From contig CAYLJU010000003.1 in assembly GCA_964384115.1 (NCBI GenBank), forward strand, positions 7,375-71,374: 64,000 nt of DNA, in the 5' to 3' direction. The DNA is from an uncultured Muribaculaceae bacterium (GTDB taxonomy: Bacteria; Bacillota_I; Bacilli_A; RF39; UBA660). The notes below the pieces were generated by a model. It made no database searches. It worked only from the letters and a program-made list of their open reading frames with translations, and had not been told where the DNA came from. The stretch's first letter is position 1. Every line of letters starts with the position of its first letter. Positions 8,893-18,792 of the stretch are shown piece after piece. The position numbers were made by a program, and so were the translations under genes.

Positions 8893-8988
8893 TTGCCAAT
8901 TCGATTAGGCGAATTGGAAGCTAGTATTACACTAGCCAACCCCTTTTTATTCTTTTATCGGACCTGCGAAAGCAGGTTCTTTTTTTAT
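8893..8988 (+). ncRNA. candidate ~95-nt small RNA with three hairpins, ending in a canonical intrinsic terminator (acctgc-gaaa-gcaggt + UUCUUUUUUU)
   Basis: Hairpins are ccaattcg/cgaattgg, gctagt/actagc and acctgc/gcaggt. A U-tract follows only on the plus strand. A promoter lies immediately upstream. Both flanking genes are on the minus strand. Confidence 0.4.
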
Positions 8989-11900
8989 TTCCTGCTTAAT
9001 GATTCATAGTAATAGAATCTTTTTTTTGCTTCTAATATATTATATTCAAGAAGTTTATCTGCTTCACTTGGATTTATCTTTTTTATGGCATTAAATCTTG
9101 TTTGTTTTTCTAGGAAATTTTGGTAATCATCAAAATTAACTTCTTTACTATCTAATATAAATTCTTCGCCTGGTTTGTAGTGGAAAAGTGGATAATAGCC
9201 ACATGATACGGCTTGCTTTTCTATTTCTATACTGTTCTCCATTCCACCTGTTATTCCATGTGATATGCATGGTGCATATGCTATTACTATTGATGGACCA
9301 TTGTGTTCATTTGCTTCTTTTAAAACTTTAATTAATTGGTTTGGATTAGCGCCTAAGCATACTGTTGCTACGTATACATGAGGATATGATAGAGCAATGC
9401 GAGCTAAATCTTTTTTATAATTTTTCTTACCAAAGCCAGCGAATGCTGCTAGTGTTCCGATTGGTGTTGCTTTTGATGCTTGCCCACCAGTATTGGAATA
9501 TACTTGAGTATCTAGTACTAATATATTAATATTTTCATTTGTTGATAATGCATGGTCTATTCCACCAAATCCAATATCATAAGCCCATCCATCACCGCCT
9601 ATGGCCCAAATACTTCTTTTTTTAATGTATTCCTTTATTTTCTTTAATTCTGGTAATTTACTGTAATCTAAATTTTCATATACTTCTTTTGTTATATTGT
9701 AATCATTTTCATTTTCTAAATATTTTTTGCATAAAGGATTATTTTTATTTTCTTCCATTATTTTATGAATTCTTTTTTTCATTTGACTGTTTGATACGGC
9801 CATTCCTAGTGCGAATTCAGCGTTATCTTCAAAAAGCGAATTTGCCCATGGTACTGTGTATGGTGTACAAGGACTTGATGCGCCGTATATTGATGAACAT
9901 CCTGTTGCGTTTGCGATGATTAATTCTTCACCAAATAATTGAGTTAAAATTCTTATATATGCTGGTTCCCCACATCCTGCGCATGCTCCTTCAAATGCTA
10001 ATTTTGGTTTTTCAAATTGACTTCCTTTTACAGAAAATATATCAAATAAATTTTTATTTTTTATTTTTTTGTTTAAGTATTCAAATACTTCTGCTTCTTT
10101 ATTTTCTTTGGCTTTTTCTATTTTTTGAGCACTTAATGCTTTTCCTCTATTTGGACATGTTTTCATACATAGTGTACATCCTGTACAATTGTCTATTGCG
10201 ATTCCCATTATAAAATAATAATCTTTTAAGGCTTTTATTAATGGTTTTTTGCATCTTTCTTTTATGTAGTTTGGGGCTGCATTATATTCTTCTTCTGATA
10301 ATAAATATGGTCTTATTACGCCATGTGGACAAACGAATGAACACTGATTACATTCTAAACAGTATTCTTTATTCCATTTTGGTACTATGTTGCTTATAGC
10401 ATTTTTATCGGTGAATCCACTTTTGGCTGTTCCGTCAGCGTATTTTAAAAATGCTGATGTTGGAAGATTTTCACCTTTTCTATCTAATATCGCTTCTTCA
10501 ATACTATTTATATTTTCTTCTTGTTCAATTATAAAATCTTCATCTTCTAATTCTACTTTTTCTAATATTTCTAATGATTCAGCAATTGCTCTTTTATTGG
10601 CATTTATTACTTCTTCACCTTTTTTAGCGAATTTTTTTGTAATTTCATTTTTCATGTGATTGATTGCATTTTCATATTCCATTACATTTGATAATTTTAT
10701 GATAACACTTTCCATAATTGTACTTATTTTGCCTTTTATTCCTACTTTGCTTGCTAATGAGTAGGCATTTATTATGTAAAATTTAAGATTTTTGTTTTTT
10801 ATTGTATATTTGATGTTATCATTTAATGTTTTTATAATTTCTTCTTTTGATTTTTCTGTATTTAATATAAATATTCCATTTTCTTTTATTTTGTCTAATA
10901 TATTAAAGCGATCTAAGTATGATTCTTTTGTACATACTATTATGTTTGGATTTTCAACATAATATGTTGATCTTATTTTTTCTTTATTGAATCTTAAATG
11001 TGATATTGTTACGCCACCTGATTTTTTGGAATCATATTGAAAATATCCTTGAACATAATTGTTTGTATTTTCACCTACTAATTTTATTATTGATTTGGCT
11101 GCTGATACCATACCGTCTGATCCATATCCATATATTAACATTTCATTTGATGTACTTATTTTGAAATTATCGTCTACTTTTATACTTCTTTTTGTTATAT
11201 CATCTACAATTCCAACTGTAAAATTATTAAATGGTTTATCTAAGAAGTCATAAATAGCTTTTATACATGCTGGATTGGTATTTTTACTTGATAATCCATA
11301 TCTTCCACCATATATTTCAATATTTTTGTCTTTTAAGGCAGCAGTTATATCTAAATATAGTGGTTCGCCTATACTTCCTGGTTCTTTTGTTCTATCTAAA
11401 ACGGCTATTTTTTTAACTGTTTTTGGTAAAATTTTCAATAGGTGGTTTGTACTAAATGGTCTATATAAATGAACTTCAACTAGGCCAACTTTATAATCTT
11501 TTTTGTTTAAACAATCTATTGTTTCTTTGATTGTTTCATTTACTGATCCCATTGCCACTAATACTTTGGTTGCATCTTTACTACCGTAATAATTAAATGG
11601 TTTATAATTTGTATGCGCTAATTCATTTATTTTATTCATGTATTTTTCTACAATATCAGGAATACTTTCATAAAAAATATTTCTTGATTCGGTTACTTGA
11701 AAATATATGTCATCATTTTGCGCTGTTCCTTTTGTTACTGGTTTATTTGGATTAAGGGCTTTATTTCGGAATTTGTTTAAAGCGTTTTTATCTATTAATT
11801 TAGCGTATTCTTTATCATCTATAATATTTATTTTGTCTATTTCATGACTTGTTCTAAATCCATCAAAGAAGTGCAAAAATGGTATGCTTGATTCTATTGC

Positions 11901-12371
11901 TGATAAATGGGCAACTGCTGCTAATAGATTAGCGTCTTGAACTGATGATGATGCTAATATGGCAAATCCAGTTTGTCTTGTTGCATATATATCTTGATGG
12001 TCTCCCATTATGCTTAAGGCATGGGTAGCAAGGCTTCTTGCTGCAACATGAAATACTGCTGGTAGCATTTCACCTGCTATTTTATACATATTGGGTATCA
12101 TTAGTAATAATCCTTGACTTGATGTAAATGTTGTTGTTAAAAGTCCTGATGTTAGAGAGCCATGGACAAATCCGGCTGCTCCTGCTTCCGATTGCATTTC
12201 TACTACTTTAACGCGATCATTAAATATATTTAATTTTCCTTTGTTACTTTCATTATCAATGTATTCTGCCATTGGTGATGAAGGTGTTATTGGGTAAATT
12301 CCGGCAAGTTCAGTGAAAAGATAAGCTGTTCTACTGCATGCTTCATTTCCGTCAACTGTTATTTGTTTCAT
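8985..12371 (-). CDS. nifJ: pyruvate:ferredoxin (flavodoxin) oxidoreductase, homodimeric single-chain type
   Basis: 1128 aa. N-terminus MKQITVDGNEA...YPITPSS. Two 4Fe-4S ferredoxin motifs (CxxCxxCxxxCP). C-terminal TPP-binding GGDGW motif. Strong AGGAGG RBS. Confidence 0.9.
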   Translation of the reverse strand: MKQITVDGNEACSRTAYLFTELAGIYPITPSSPMAEYIDNESNKGKLNIFNDRVKVVEMQSEAGAAGFVHGSLTSGLLTTTFTSSQGLLLMIPNMYKIAGEMLPAVFHVAARSLATHALSIMGDHQDIYATRQTGFAILASSSVQDANLLAAVAHLSAIESSIPFLHFFDGFRTSHEIDKINIIDDKEYAKLIDKNALNKFRNKALNPNKPVTKGTAQNDDIYFQVTESRNIFYESIPDIVEKYMNKINELAHTNYKPFNYYGSKDATKVLVAMGSVNETIKETIDCLNKKDYKVGLVEVHLYRPFSTNHLLKILPKTVKKIAVLDRTKEPGSIGEPLYLDITAALKDKNIEIYGGRYGLSSKNTNPACIKAIYDFLDKPFNNFTVGIVDDITKRSIKVDDNFKISTSNEMLIYGYGSDGMVSAAKSIIKLVGENTNNYVQGYFQYDSKKSGGVTISHLRFNKEKIRSTYYVENPNIIVCTKESYLDRFNILDKIKENGIFILNTEKSKEEIIKTLNDNIKYTIKNKNLKFYIINAYSLASKVGIKGKISTIMESVIIKLSNVMEYENAINHMKNEITKKFAKKGEEVINANKRAIAESLEILEKVELEDEDFIIEQEENINSIEEAILDRKGENLPTSAFLKYADGTAKSGFTDKNAISNIVPKWNKEYCLECNQCSFVCPHGVIRPYLLSEEEYNAAPNYIKERCKKPLIKALKDYYFIMGIAIDNCTGCTLCMKTCPNRGKALSAQKIEKAKENKEAEVFEYLNKKIKNKNLFDIFSVKGSQFEKPKLAFEGACAGCGEPAYIRILTQLFGEELIIANATGCSSIYGASSPCTPYTVPWANSLFEDNAEFALGMAVSNSQMKKRIHKIMEENKNNPLCKKYLENENDYNITKEVYENLDYSKLPELKKIKEYIKKRSIWAIGGDGWAYDIGFGGIDHALSTNENINILVLDTQVYSNTGGQASKATPIGTLAAFAGFGKKNYKKDLARIALSYPHVYVATVCLGANPNQLIKVLKEANEHNGPSIVIAYAPCISHGITGGMENSIEIEKQAVSCGYYPLFHYKPGEEFILDSKEVNFDDYQNFLEKQTRFNAIKKINPSEADKLLEYNILEAKKRFYYYESLSRK

Positions 12372-14145
12372 TATTTCCTCCTACATCTACAAACCAAGAT
12401 TTTGTTATATTGCATGAAGCACTGTTTGGGGCGGGATTTGGCATTGCAAATTTTATGATTACAGGAATTTTAAATCCGCTTCCAAATGCCATGCACATTC
12501 CTGGTGGTAGTAATTTTATTTTTTTTACTGTTTCTTCAGTTATATTTGGTATAATTTCTTTTATGAATTCAACATCTTTAGGGTGTTGTACTTTAAATAT
12601 TAAAAAATTGCTGCACTGGGATATAGCTGTTTCTGATAGTTCTGATGGTCTTTGTGTTATTAGTCCTAATAAAACACCATATTTTCTTCCTTCTTTTGTT
12701 ATTCTATCAAATATATTATATCCTAGTAAGTTTACGTCGTTATCGTTTTGGACATATCTATGTGCTTCTTCTAAGACTATGTGAAATGGAAAAGTTGCTT
12801 TTTGTTCCATATTCTTAGCATAATCAAATAATAATTTTGAATATATTTTAGTTATTGTTTTTGCTAATCTATCATCTATGTAGTTTATATTGAAATTTAT
12901 TATTTGGGCTTTTCTTCCGTTTGGTGCTGTCATAAGATTACGAATATATTTTTCTTTTGTTATGTATTCTGGATAATCAAAATATGTGTGATTTTCACTG
13001 TTTAATAATGTGTGTAATCTTACTTTTAGTATATTTAAATCATCGTATATTTTTTGACTATTTAATACTCCTTCTGATATAAGGGCGAATTCAAAAGCAT
13101 CTTTTAAATCTTTTAATGTATATTTGAATGTTCCATCTGGTAATTGTAGATTATATTCTTCTAATAAATATCCATTCATTACATTTGTTACTAATTCCAT
13201 TTCTCTTATTTTTCCTGTTGCATCTATTAATAGGCATTGTTTTAATGGTCTTGTATATCCTGGTTGTACTACTTTAGTTTCTAGATTTAATTCACTTGTG
13301 TTGTAATATGATAATACAGAAAATACTTGGTCTCTTATTTGAGCTGGTGAATTTCCACTTGATAATATGTCGAGGATTGCACGGGCTATTATGTCATTTT
13401 TATATTTTATAACACTTGATTCTTCTCTTCCAAAGATGGTTACATATTTTAAAGCTTTTTCAATTATTGTTAATTGAGATGCTTTTTCAGCGTTTAGTAA
13501 AAGTGCTATATCGTCAACCCCTAAAAACCATAGTGGTATACGCATTATTTCGCTTGGTCCTTTGGTATTTGTTGTATATGCTTTAAAACTGATATTTGGA
13601 TTTATTTTATTTATGTTTTCAAAGGCATTATGATATTCACCATAGGCATCAAATAAAAAGATTGATGCTTTGTATGGTATAGACATTTTTTTACTGAATA
13701 AATTTTGAAATATTCGTGCTACTCCGCATGATTTTCCTGATCCGGTGGATCCTATTATTGTAAAATGTTTGCTGAAAAAATCATTTATATTGACTCCTAT
13801 TTGGACATCGTCATATATTGGGCTTGTACCTAATAATAAATCTTTGTTTTCTTTGTATGTTGGCATACCTATTATGTATGGTACTTTTTCTTTTGATACT
13901 ATTTTTACAATAGAATCTAATGATGGTTTTTTGGAAATTCCGCTTACAAATGTATTTTCTTTTATTTGACCTATTAGATTTACTTGTAGTGTGTTTTCAT
14001 TTATATTGATGACTTCACCTACTAAATTATTTTCATTATTTTCAAATACAACAAAAGAATTTGTGATATTGCCTATGTTTGTTATTTGAGGATTTAATTT
14101 TACATATACTATATTTTCTTCTATTGATATTATTTTTCCTAACAT
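12352..14145 (-). CDS. HerA/FtsK-superfamily ATPase (HAS-barrel + P-loop, DUF87-like), paralog 1
   Basis: 597 aa with an N-terminal HAS-barrel-like segment, Walker A GSTGSGKS and Walker B HIVLEEAHRY, plus an ITQRPSELSETAISQCSNFLIFK block. Its last 20 nt overlap the PFOR start. Confidence 0.75.
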   Translation of the reverse strand: MLGKIISIEENIVYVKLNPQITNIGNITNSFVVFENNENNLVGEVININENTLQVNLIGQIKENTFVSGISKKPSLDSIVKIVSKEKVPYIIGMPTYKENKDLLLGTSPIYDDVQIGVNINDFFSKHFTIIGSTGSGKSCGVARIFQNLFSKKMSIPYKASIFLFDAYGEYHNAFENINKINPNISFKAYTTNTKGPSEIMRIPLWFLGVDDIALLLNAEKASQLTIIEKALKYVTIFGREESSVIKYKNDIIARAILDILSSGNSPAQIRDQVFSVLSYYNTSELNLETKVVQPGYTRPLKQCLLIDATGKIREMELVTNVMNGYLLEEYNLQLPDGTFKYTLKDLKDAFEFALISEGVLNSQKIYDDLNILKVRLHTLLNSENHTYFDYPEYITKEKYIRNLMTAPNGRKAQIINFNINYIDDRLAKTITKIYSKLLFDYAKNMEQKATFPFHIVLEEAHRYVQNDNDVNLLGYNIFDRITKEGRKYGVLLGLITQRPSELSETAISQCSNFLIFKVQHPKDVEFIKEIIPNITEETVKKIKLLPPGMCMAFGSGFKIPVIIKFAMPNPAPNSASCNITKSWFVDVGGNNETNNS

Positions 14146-14239
14146 TTTTATTCTCCTATAATAATATTATACATTGTTTTGGGCTAAAAAGGAATAATAA
14201 ATGAAAAAATAATATCATTTATTTACGATATTATTTTTA

Positions 14240-15211
14240 CTAAAATAGGGCTTTTCTTATTTCTATTTCTAAATTTTCTTTTAAATATAGTGTTAATTCT
14301 GTTTGTTTTTTTATTTTTATTATTCCAAATCCATTAATTATAAGTTCACTATCTGCTGGGACTTTTATTTTTTGGGTTACCAAATTTGTTTTTATTTCTT
14401 TATAATATCTTGTATATTTTAATGTGTCTGCTCCATAAAATACTACTGTGTTATATGGTTTTATTTTTAGTCCCAAAAAATCATCTATCATGATTATTTG
14501 CTCGGTTTTTATTTGATATATTTGTGGTTTAATTTTCTTTTTGGGAATTATTCTTTTTATTTCATCTTCTTCTAGATAGTCTATTATGTTACTTACTATT
14601 ATTCCTGGGGTATCTATTAGTGTTAAATTTTCATTGATATTTACTTTTACAAAATTAATTGTTGTTGATGGTAATACACTTGTTGTTAATTCATATTTAT
14701 TATTACTGTAATTTTTAATTATTTTATTTATCAATGTTGATTTTCCGGCATTAGTATATCCTACTAAATAAACGTTATTACTTTTCTTTTTTTCATTTAT
14801 TAGATTCATTAAATTATCTAGATTATAGTTGTTTTTAGCGCTGATTACTACTGTTTCTAAACATTTTATTTCTAATTTTTTAATGTAATCTATTATTTTA
14901 TTTTCATCTTTTTCAATTAGATCATATTTTGTTATGCATAATATAACGTTATTATTTAAATAATCAATTATTTCTTTTATTTTATTCGATAAATTGAATA
15001 TGTCTACAACAAATACTACTATATCATTAGATGCTTTTACTTCTTTTATAATTGTTTTTATTTCTTCTAAATGAGTTACTTTCTCATATTTATTGTAGTT
15101 TTTTATGTTGAAGCATCTCATACATAATTCTGATTCTAGATTTTTAGTATAGCCTATTTTCCCTTTTTCTAGTGTTAATGGTGCTCCACAACCTGTGCAT
15201 TTTTTAATCAT
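14240..15211 (-). CDS. yqeH: ribosome biogenesis GTPase YqeH
   Basis: N-terminal CxxC...CxRC zinc ribbon and a circularly permuted GTPase (NAGKST). It overlaps the yqeG stop, matching the conserved yqeG-yqeH pair. Confidence 0.8.
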   Translation of the reverse strand: MIKKCTGCGAPLTLEKGKIGYTKNLESELCMRCFNIKNYNKYEKVTHLEEIKTIIKEVKASNDIVVFVVDIFNLSNKIKEIIDYLNNNVILCITKYDLIEKDENKIIDYIKKLEIKCLETVVISAKNNYNLDNLMNLINEKKKSNNVYLVGYTNAGKSTLINKIIKNYSNNKYELTTSVLPSTTINFVKVNINENLTLIDTPGIIVSNIIDYLEEDEIKRIIPKKKIKPQIYQIKTEQIIMIDDFLGLKIKPYNTVVFYGADTLKYTRYYKEIKTNLVTQKIKVPADSELIINGFGIIKIKKQTELTLYLKENLEIEIRKALF

Positions 15212-15725
15212 AATATCTTCCTTTTATGAATAGTAAATTTTTAGTTAATCGATTGATTATTATTTTTTCTCTTATTCTGTTAATTTTTGTAAAGAAGAAA
15301 TCTTTTAATCCTATTGGATTAACTAAAATTGTTGTTATTCCAACTTTATTTCCCCCTATTATATCTGTTAAAAATTGGTCACCTATAATCGCAACTTCAC
15401 TATCTTTTAATTCATGTTTATCCATTATTTTTATAAAACTTCTTTTTAGTGGTTTCATGGAATGGGGATTTACTTCAACTTGTAATTGTTCTCTAAATGG
15501 TTCTAATCTTTTTGATCCACTGTTTGAGAATATTATGATTTTAAAGCCCATTTTTTTTAAGTCATCAAATAGTTCTTTTACTTTTTTTGTTGGTTCTTTT
15601 ACACCTATTGGTGCGATTGTATTATCTAAATCAAATAGTAGGCATTTTATACCTCTATCAATTAATTTTTCATAATTTATTGTGTATATACTTTTTTGAT
15701 AAATATCTGGTATGTATTCTTCCAC
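15204..15725 (-). CDS. yqeG: YqeG-family HAD-superfamily phosphatase
   Basis: HAD motif I (LLFDLDNTI) and motif IV-like (IGDQFLTDI). 173 aa, upstream of yqeH. Confidence 0.75.
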   Translation of the reverse strand: MEEYIPDIYQKSIYTINYEKLIDRGIKCLLFDLDNTIAPIGVKEPTKKVKELFDDLKKMGFKIIIFSNSGSKRLEPFREQLQVEVNPHSMKPLKRSFIKIMDKHELKDSEVAIIGDQFLTDIIGGNKVGITTILVNPIGLKDFFFTKINRIREKIIINRLTKNLLFIKGRYYD

Positions 15726-15873
15726 AAGGCATCTTCCTTTCTATAAAATTATATAATGAATGCTTATTTTAGTCAATGAACGAAAGTCTAAATATTTTTT
15801 ATTTACATGCTAATTTTTGAAAAAAAATAAAAATAGATACTTAGATTGTATCTATTTAGGAAGGAGTTTAGTA

Positions 15874-16311
15874 TTAATTTTTTATTATTTCTACTTTTTG
15901 TTTTCTTAATACTAACATACTAATTCTTTTTTGGCATTTTGGGCATTTGGCGTGCTTTATGCCTATTTGTAGGGGTAGAGGTAATTTTAAGGTTGTCTTA
16001 CATCTAGGACATTTTTTATATATGTAATCAGAGTTATGAATTTTTTTAAATTTATTAATTGGTAGTAAAATTTTGGATTTTATATCAAGAAATTTTTCAT
16101 TTTCTTTTTTTCTTTTTGTAGTACTTTTTGAAAAGAAACGAAATAGCATAATTATTATTAATATAAAGCATATTACGTTAATTAATTGAGATTTTGTTAT
16201 TATATTTATTAACATTAAAGCAATATATAAATAAAAGTTTGCATAATATAAGTCATCTATTCCATATCTTCCATTCATAAATTTTTTGAATCTGTTCATT
16301 TTTCTAATCAT
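15874..16311 (-). CDS. membrane protein with C-terminal CxxC...CxxC zinc-ribbon
   Basis: TM segment plus CPRCKTT...CPKCQKR. Overlaps the upstream metallopeptidase gene by 8 nt. Confidence 0.4.
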   Translation of the reverse strand: MIRKMNRFKKFMNGRYGIDDLYYANFYLYIALMLINIITKSQLINVICFILIIIMLFRFFSKSTTKRKKENEKFLDIKSKILLPINKFKKIHNSDYIYKKCPRCKTTLKLPLPLQIGIKHAKCPKCQKRISMLVLRKQKVEIIKN

Positions 16312-16993
16312 CTCGTCTTCTAAACATTAATATTAATCTCAATATTTGAATTATTGTTGTTGCTACACTAGCAATATATGTTAATGCGGCTGATACTAGA
16401 ACTTTTTTTCCTTGTCTTAATTCATTACTATTTAATATATGGGTATTGTCTAATTCTTTTAAGGCTCTTTTGCTGGCATTAATTTCAACTGGTAATGTTA
16501 CTATTTGAAATAATAGTATTACTAGCTCAAATATTATACCAATCCATATTAGATTGAAATATCCAAACAAACATCCTAATATTATAGCTATATATCCTGC
16601 ATAGGATGAAAAGTTAACAAATGGTACTAGTGATGCGCGAATACGAAGAAATTCGTATCCTTCTTTATCTTGTATTGCATGCCCACATTCATGTGATGCT
16701 ACGGATACACTAGCTATGGAAGAATCATTATAAACTTCACTTGATAATCTAATTATTTTATTTTTAGGATCGTAGTGATCGGTTAATATTCCATTTGTTA
16801 TTACTACTTTTACATTTTGTAATCCATTTTTGTCAAGAATCATTCTTGCAGTTTCTAAGCCAGTAATATTTCTAATATTTTTTACTTTTGAATATTTTTG
16901 ATATCTAGCATTTATTAATATTTGAGATCCTAATGTTATAAAGAGCGCTAGGTATGTAAGACCATATACAACAAAATAATCCACAAAAACCAC
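16304..16993 (-). CDS. putative neutral zinc metallopeptidase (membrane, HExxH; Zn_peptidase_2-like)
   Basis: HECGHAIQ motif flanked by TM helices at both ends; ~230 aa as in the family. Confidence 0.65.
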   Translation of the reverse strand: MVFVDYFVVYGLTYLALFITLGSQILINARYQKYSKVKNIRNITGLETARMILDKNGLQNVKVVITNGILTDHYDPKNKIIRLSSEVYNDSSIASVSVASHECGHAIQDKEGYEFLRIRASLVPFVNFSSYAGYIAIILGCLFGYFNLIWIGIIFELVILLFQIVTLPVEINASKRALKELDNTHILNSNELRQGKKVLVSAALTYIASVATTIIQILRLILMFRRRDD

Positions 16994-17559
16994 CTCTTTA
17001 TTAATAATAGCATTTAATTATTGTTAATTAATTATGTAATTATTAAAAATTATTATGATAATTTTTTATATTTAATTAATTTTCCTTTTACTAATTTTGT
17101 ATATTCTTTTTTATCTAATTTTTACTTTTTAGAGTTAATAAATTATCTGTAACTATTCTAACTTTATATTTTATGTCATAAAATATTTTAATAATATCAA
17201 TTATTATAATAACTGAAGGTTTTTTAAAGTTCTAGATTCAATTGTGATTTTTTAGATGTAATTTTAGTTATAAGTAAAATTTTATTTTTCTATTAAATTT
17301 TTACTTGTTAACATTGTATATTATATAAATATAGTATAATTAATCTTTTTAAAATATTTTTTATGTGTTATAATTAGTGTGCGCAAAAAATTATAAAAAA
17401 ATATAAAAAATGGGTGATTACAAAATGGGAACTATTTTAATAATTATATTAGGCATGTGGTGTGGTTTATGTGAATTTGTACAAAAAAAGAAATAATAAA
17501 AATGTTTTATTTTATATGATGTATCCTTTGTGTTATTATAAATTAAAACTTTTAATTGT

Positions 17560-17590
17560 TTAAAAAAATCTCACTTAAGGTGAGACTTTT
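17560..17590 (-). terminator. intrinsic terminator downstream of the D-Ala-D-Ala carboxypeptidase gene (tctcac-ttaag-gtgaga)
   Basis: 6-bp stem flanked by an A-run and a T-run, so it could act in either direction. Confidence 0.55.
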
Positions 17591-18732
17591 TATATTTGAC
17601 CTAATAATAATTCTTTGATATTTCTTACATATAATCTAAATATATTTGCTTTTTTTACTGTTTCTTTAACTGTTAATGGAATTGTTCTTGTTTCTATATC
17701 ATTTTCAACTATTGTTATTGTTCCTACTTGCTCACCTTTTTCAATTGGTGCTTCTAAATCAGATATTTTTACTCTATATGTTACATTTTTTTTGTTTTGC
17801 ATTTTTTTATTTAATACTTTTATATCTTCTTTTGGAACTATATCAACTTTTCTTGATAATGATTTTGATATATTTTTTGATGCAATAACACTTTCTTTTG
17901 TTAATAATGTTTCTAATTCATATTGGGAGAATCCATAATCTATTAATCCAAGTGTTTCTTTATTCCTACTTTCAATGCTTGGTTCACCCATAGTTATAGC
18001 AATTAGTCGCATACCATTTTTCATTCCAGTTAGAGTAATACAATATCCAGCACCTTTGGTATATCCGGTTTTTAACCCATCTATATAATCATAAAATCTT
18101 ACTAGTTTATTTGTGTTTACTAACCAAACTTTTTGATTTGTATTTTCTCTTAGATACATTTCATATATTTTTGTGTATTCTGTTACTTTTTCATGTTTTA
18201 ATAATTCTTTGGCAATTATTCCCATGTCATATGCTGACGAATAATGATTATCCTCATCTATTCCGTGAGAATTTTGAAATAGTGTGTCTTTTAATCCTAA
18301 TTCATTTGCTCTTTTATTCATGAGTTCAACAAAGTATTCTTGTGTGCCACCTATTTTTTCAGCTAAAGCTACTGCTGCATCATTTCCACTTGCTATAGCA
18401 ACACCTTTAATTAAATTATCGACTGTCATTTTTTCGCCTGTTTCAAGCAATATTTGACTACCACCCATACCTGATGCGTTTACTGATACAATTACTTCAT
18501 CTGATAATTTTAGTTCACCTCTTTCAATTGCTTCAAATGTAAGTAAAAGTGTCATCATTTTTGTCATTGATGCTGGTTTTAATCTTTCATTTGCATTTTT
18601 TTCATATAGGATTTCTCCTGTTGAGGCTTCAATTAGAATTGCACTTTTACTTGATGGTGCGAATACATCATCAGCATTTACTTTTGATATACATGCTATA
18701 ATTGTTAAAAATAAAATTATTGTTTTTTTCAT
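17590..18732 (-). CDS. dacA: D-alanyl-D-alanine carboxypeptidase (serine-type, PBP5/DacA-like) with signal peptide
   Basis: SMTKMMT (SxxK), SGN and KTG motifs. N-terminal signal peptide. 380 aa. Confidence 0.8.
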   Translation of the reverse strand: MKKTIILFLTIIACISKVNADDVFAPSSKSAILIEASTGEILYEKNANERLKPASMTKMMTLLLTFEAIERGELKLSDEVIVSVNASGMGGSQILLETGEKMTVDNLIKGVAIASGNDAAVALAEKIGGTQEYFVELMNKRANELGLKDTLFQNSHGIDEDNHYSSAYDMGIIAKELLKHEKVTEYTKIYEMYLRENTNQKVWLVNTNKLVRFYDYIDGLKTGYTKGAGYCITLTGMKNGMRLIAITMGEPSIESRNKETLGLIDYGFSQYELETLLTKESVIASKNISKSLSRKVDIVPKEDIKVLNKKMQNKKNVTYRVKISDLEAPIEKGEQVGTITIVENDIETRTIPLTVKETVKKANIFRLYVRNIKELLLGQI

Positions 18733-18792
18733 TTTATCACCATTTAAATATATGATATAATAGTATTAGTTATGTTATTTTAGGAGATAATT

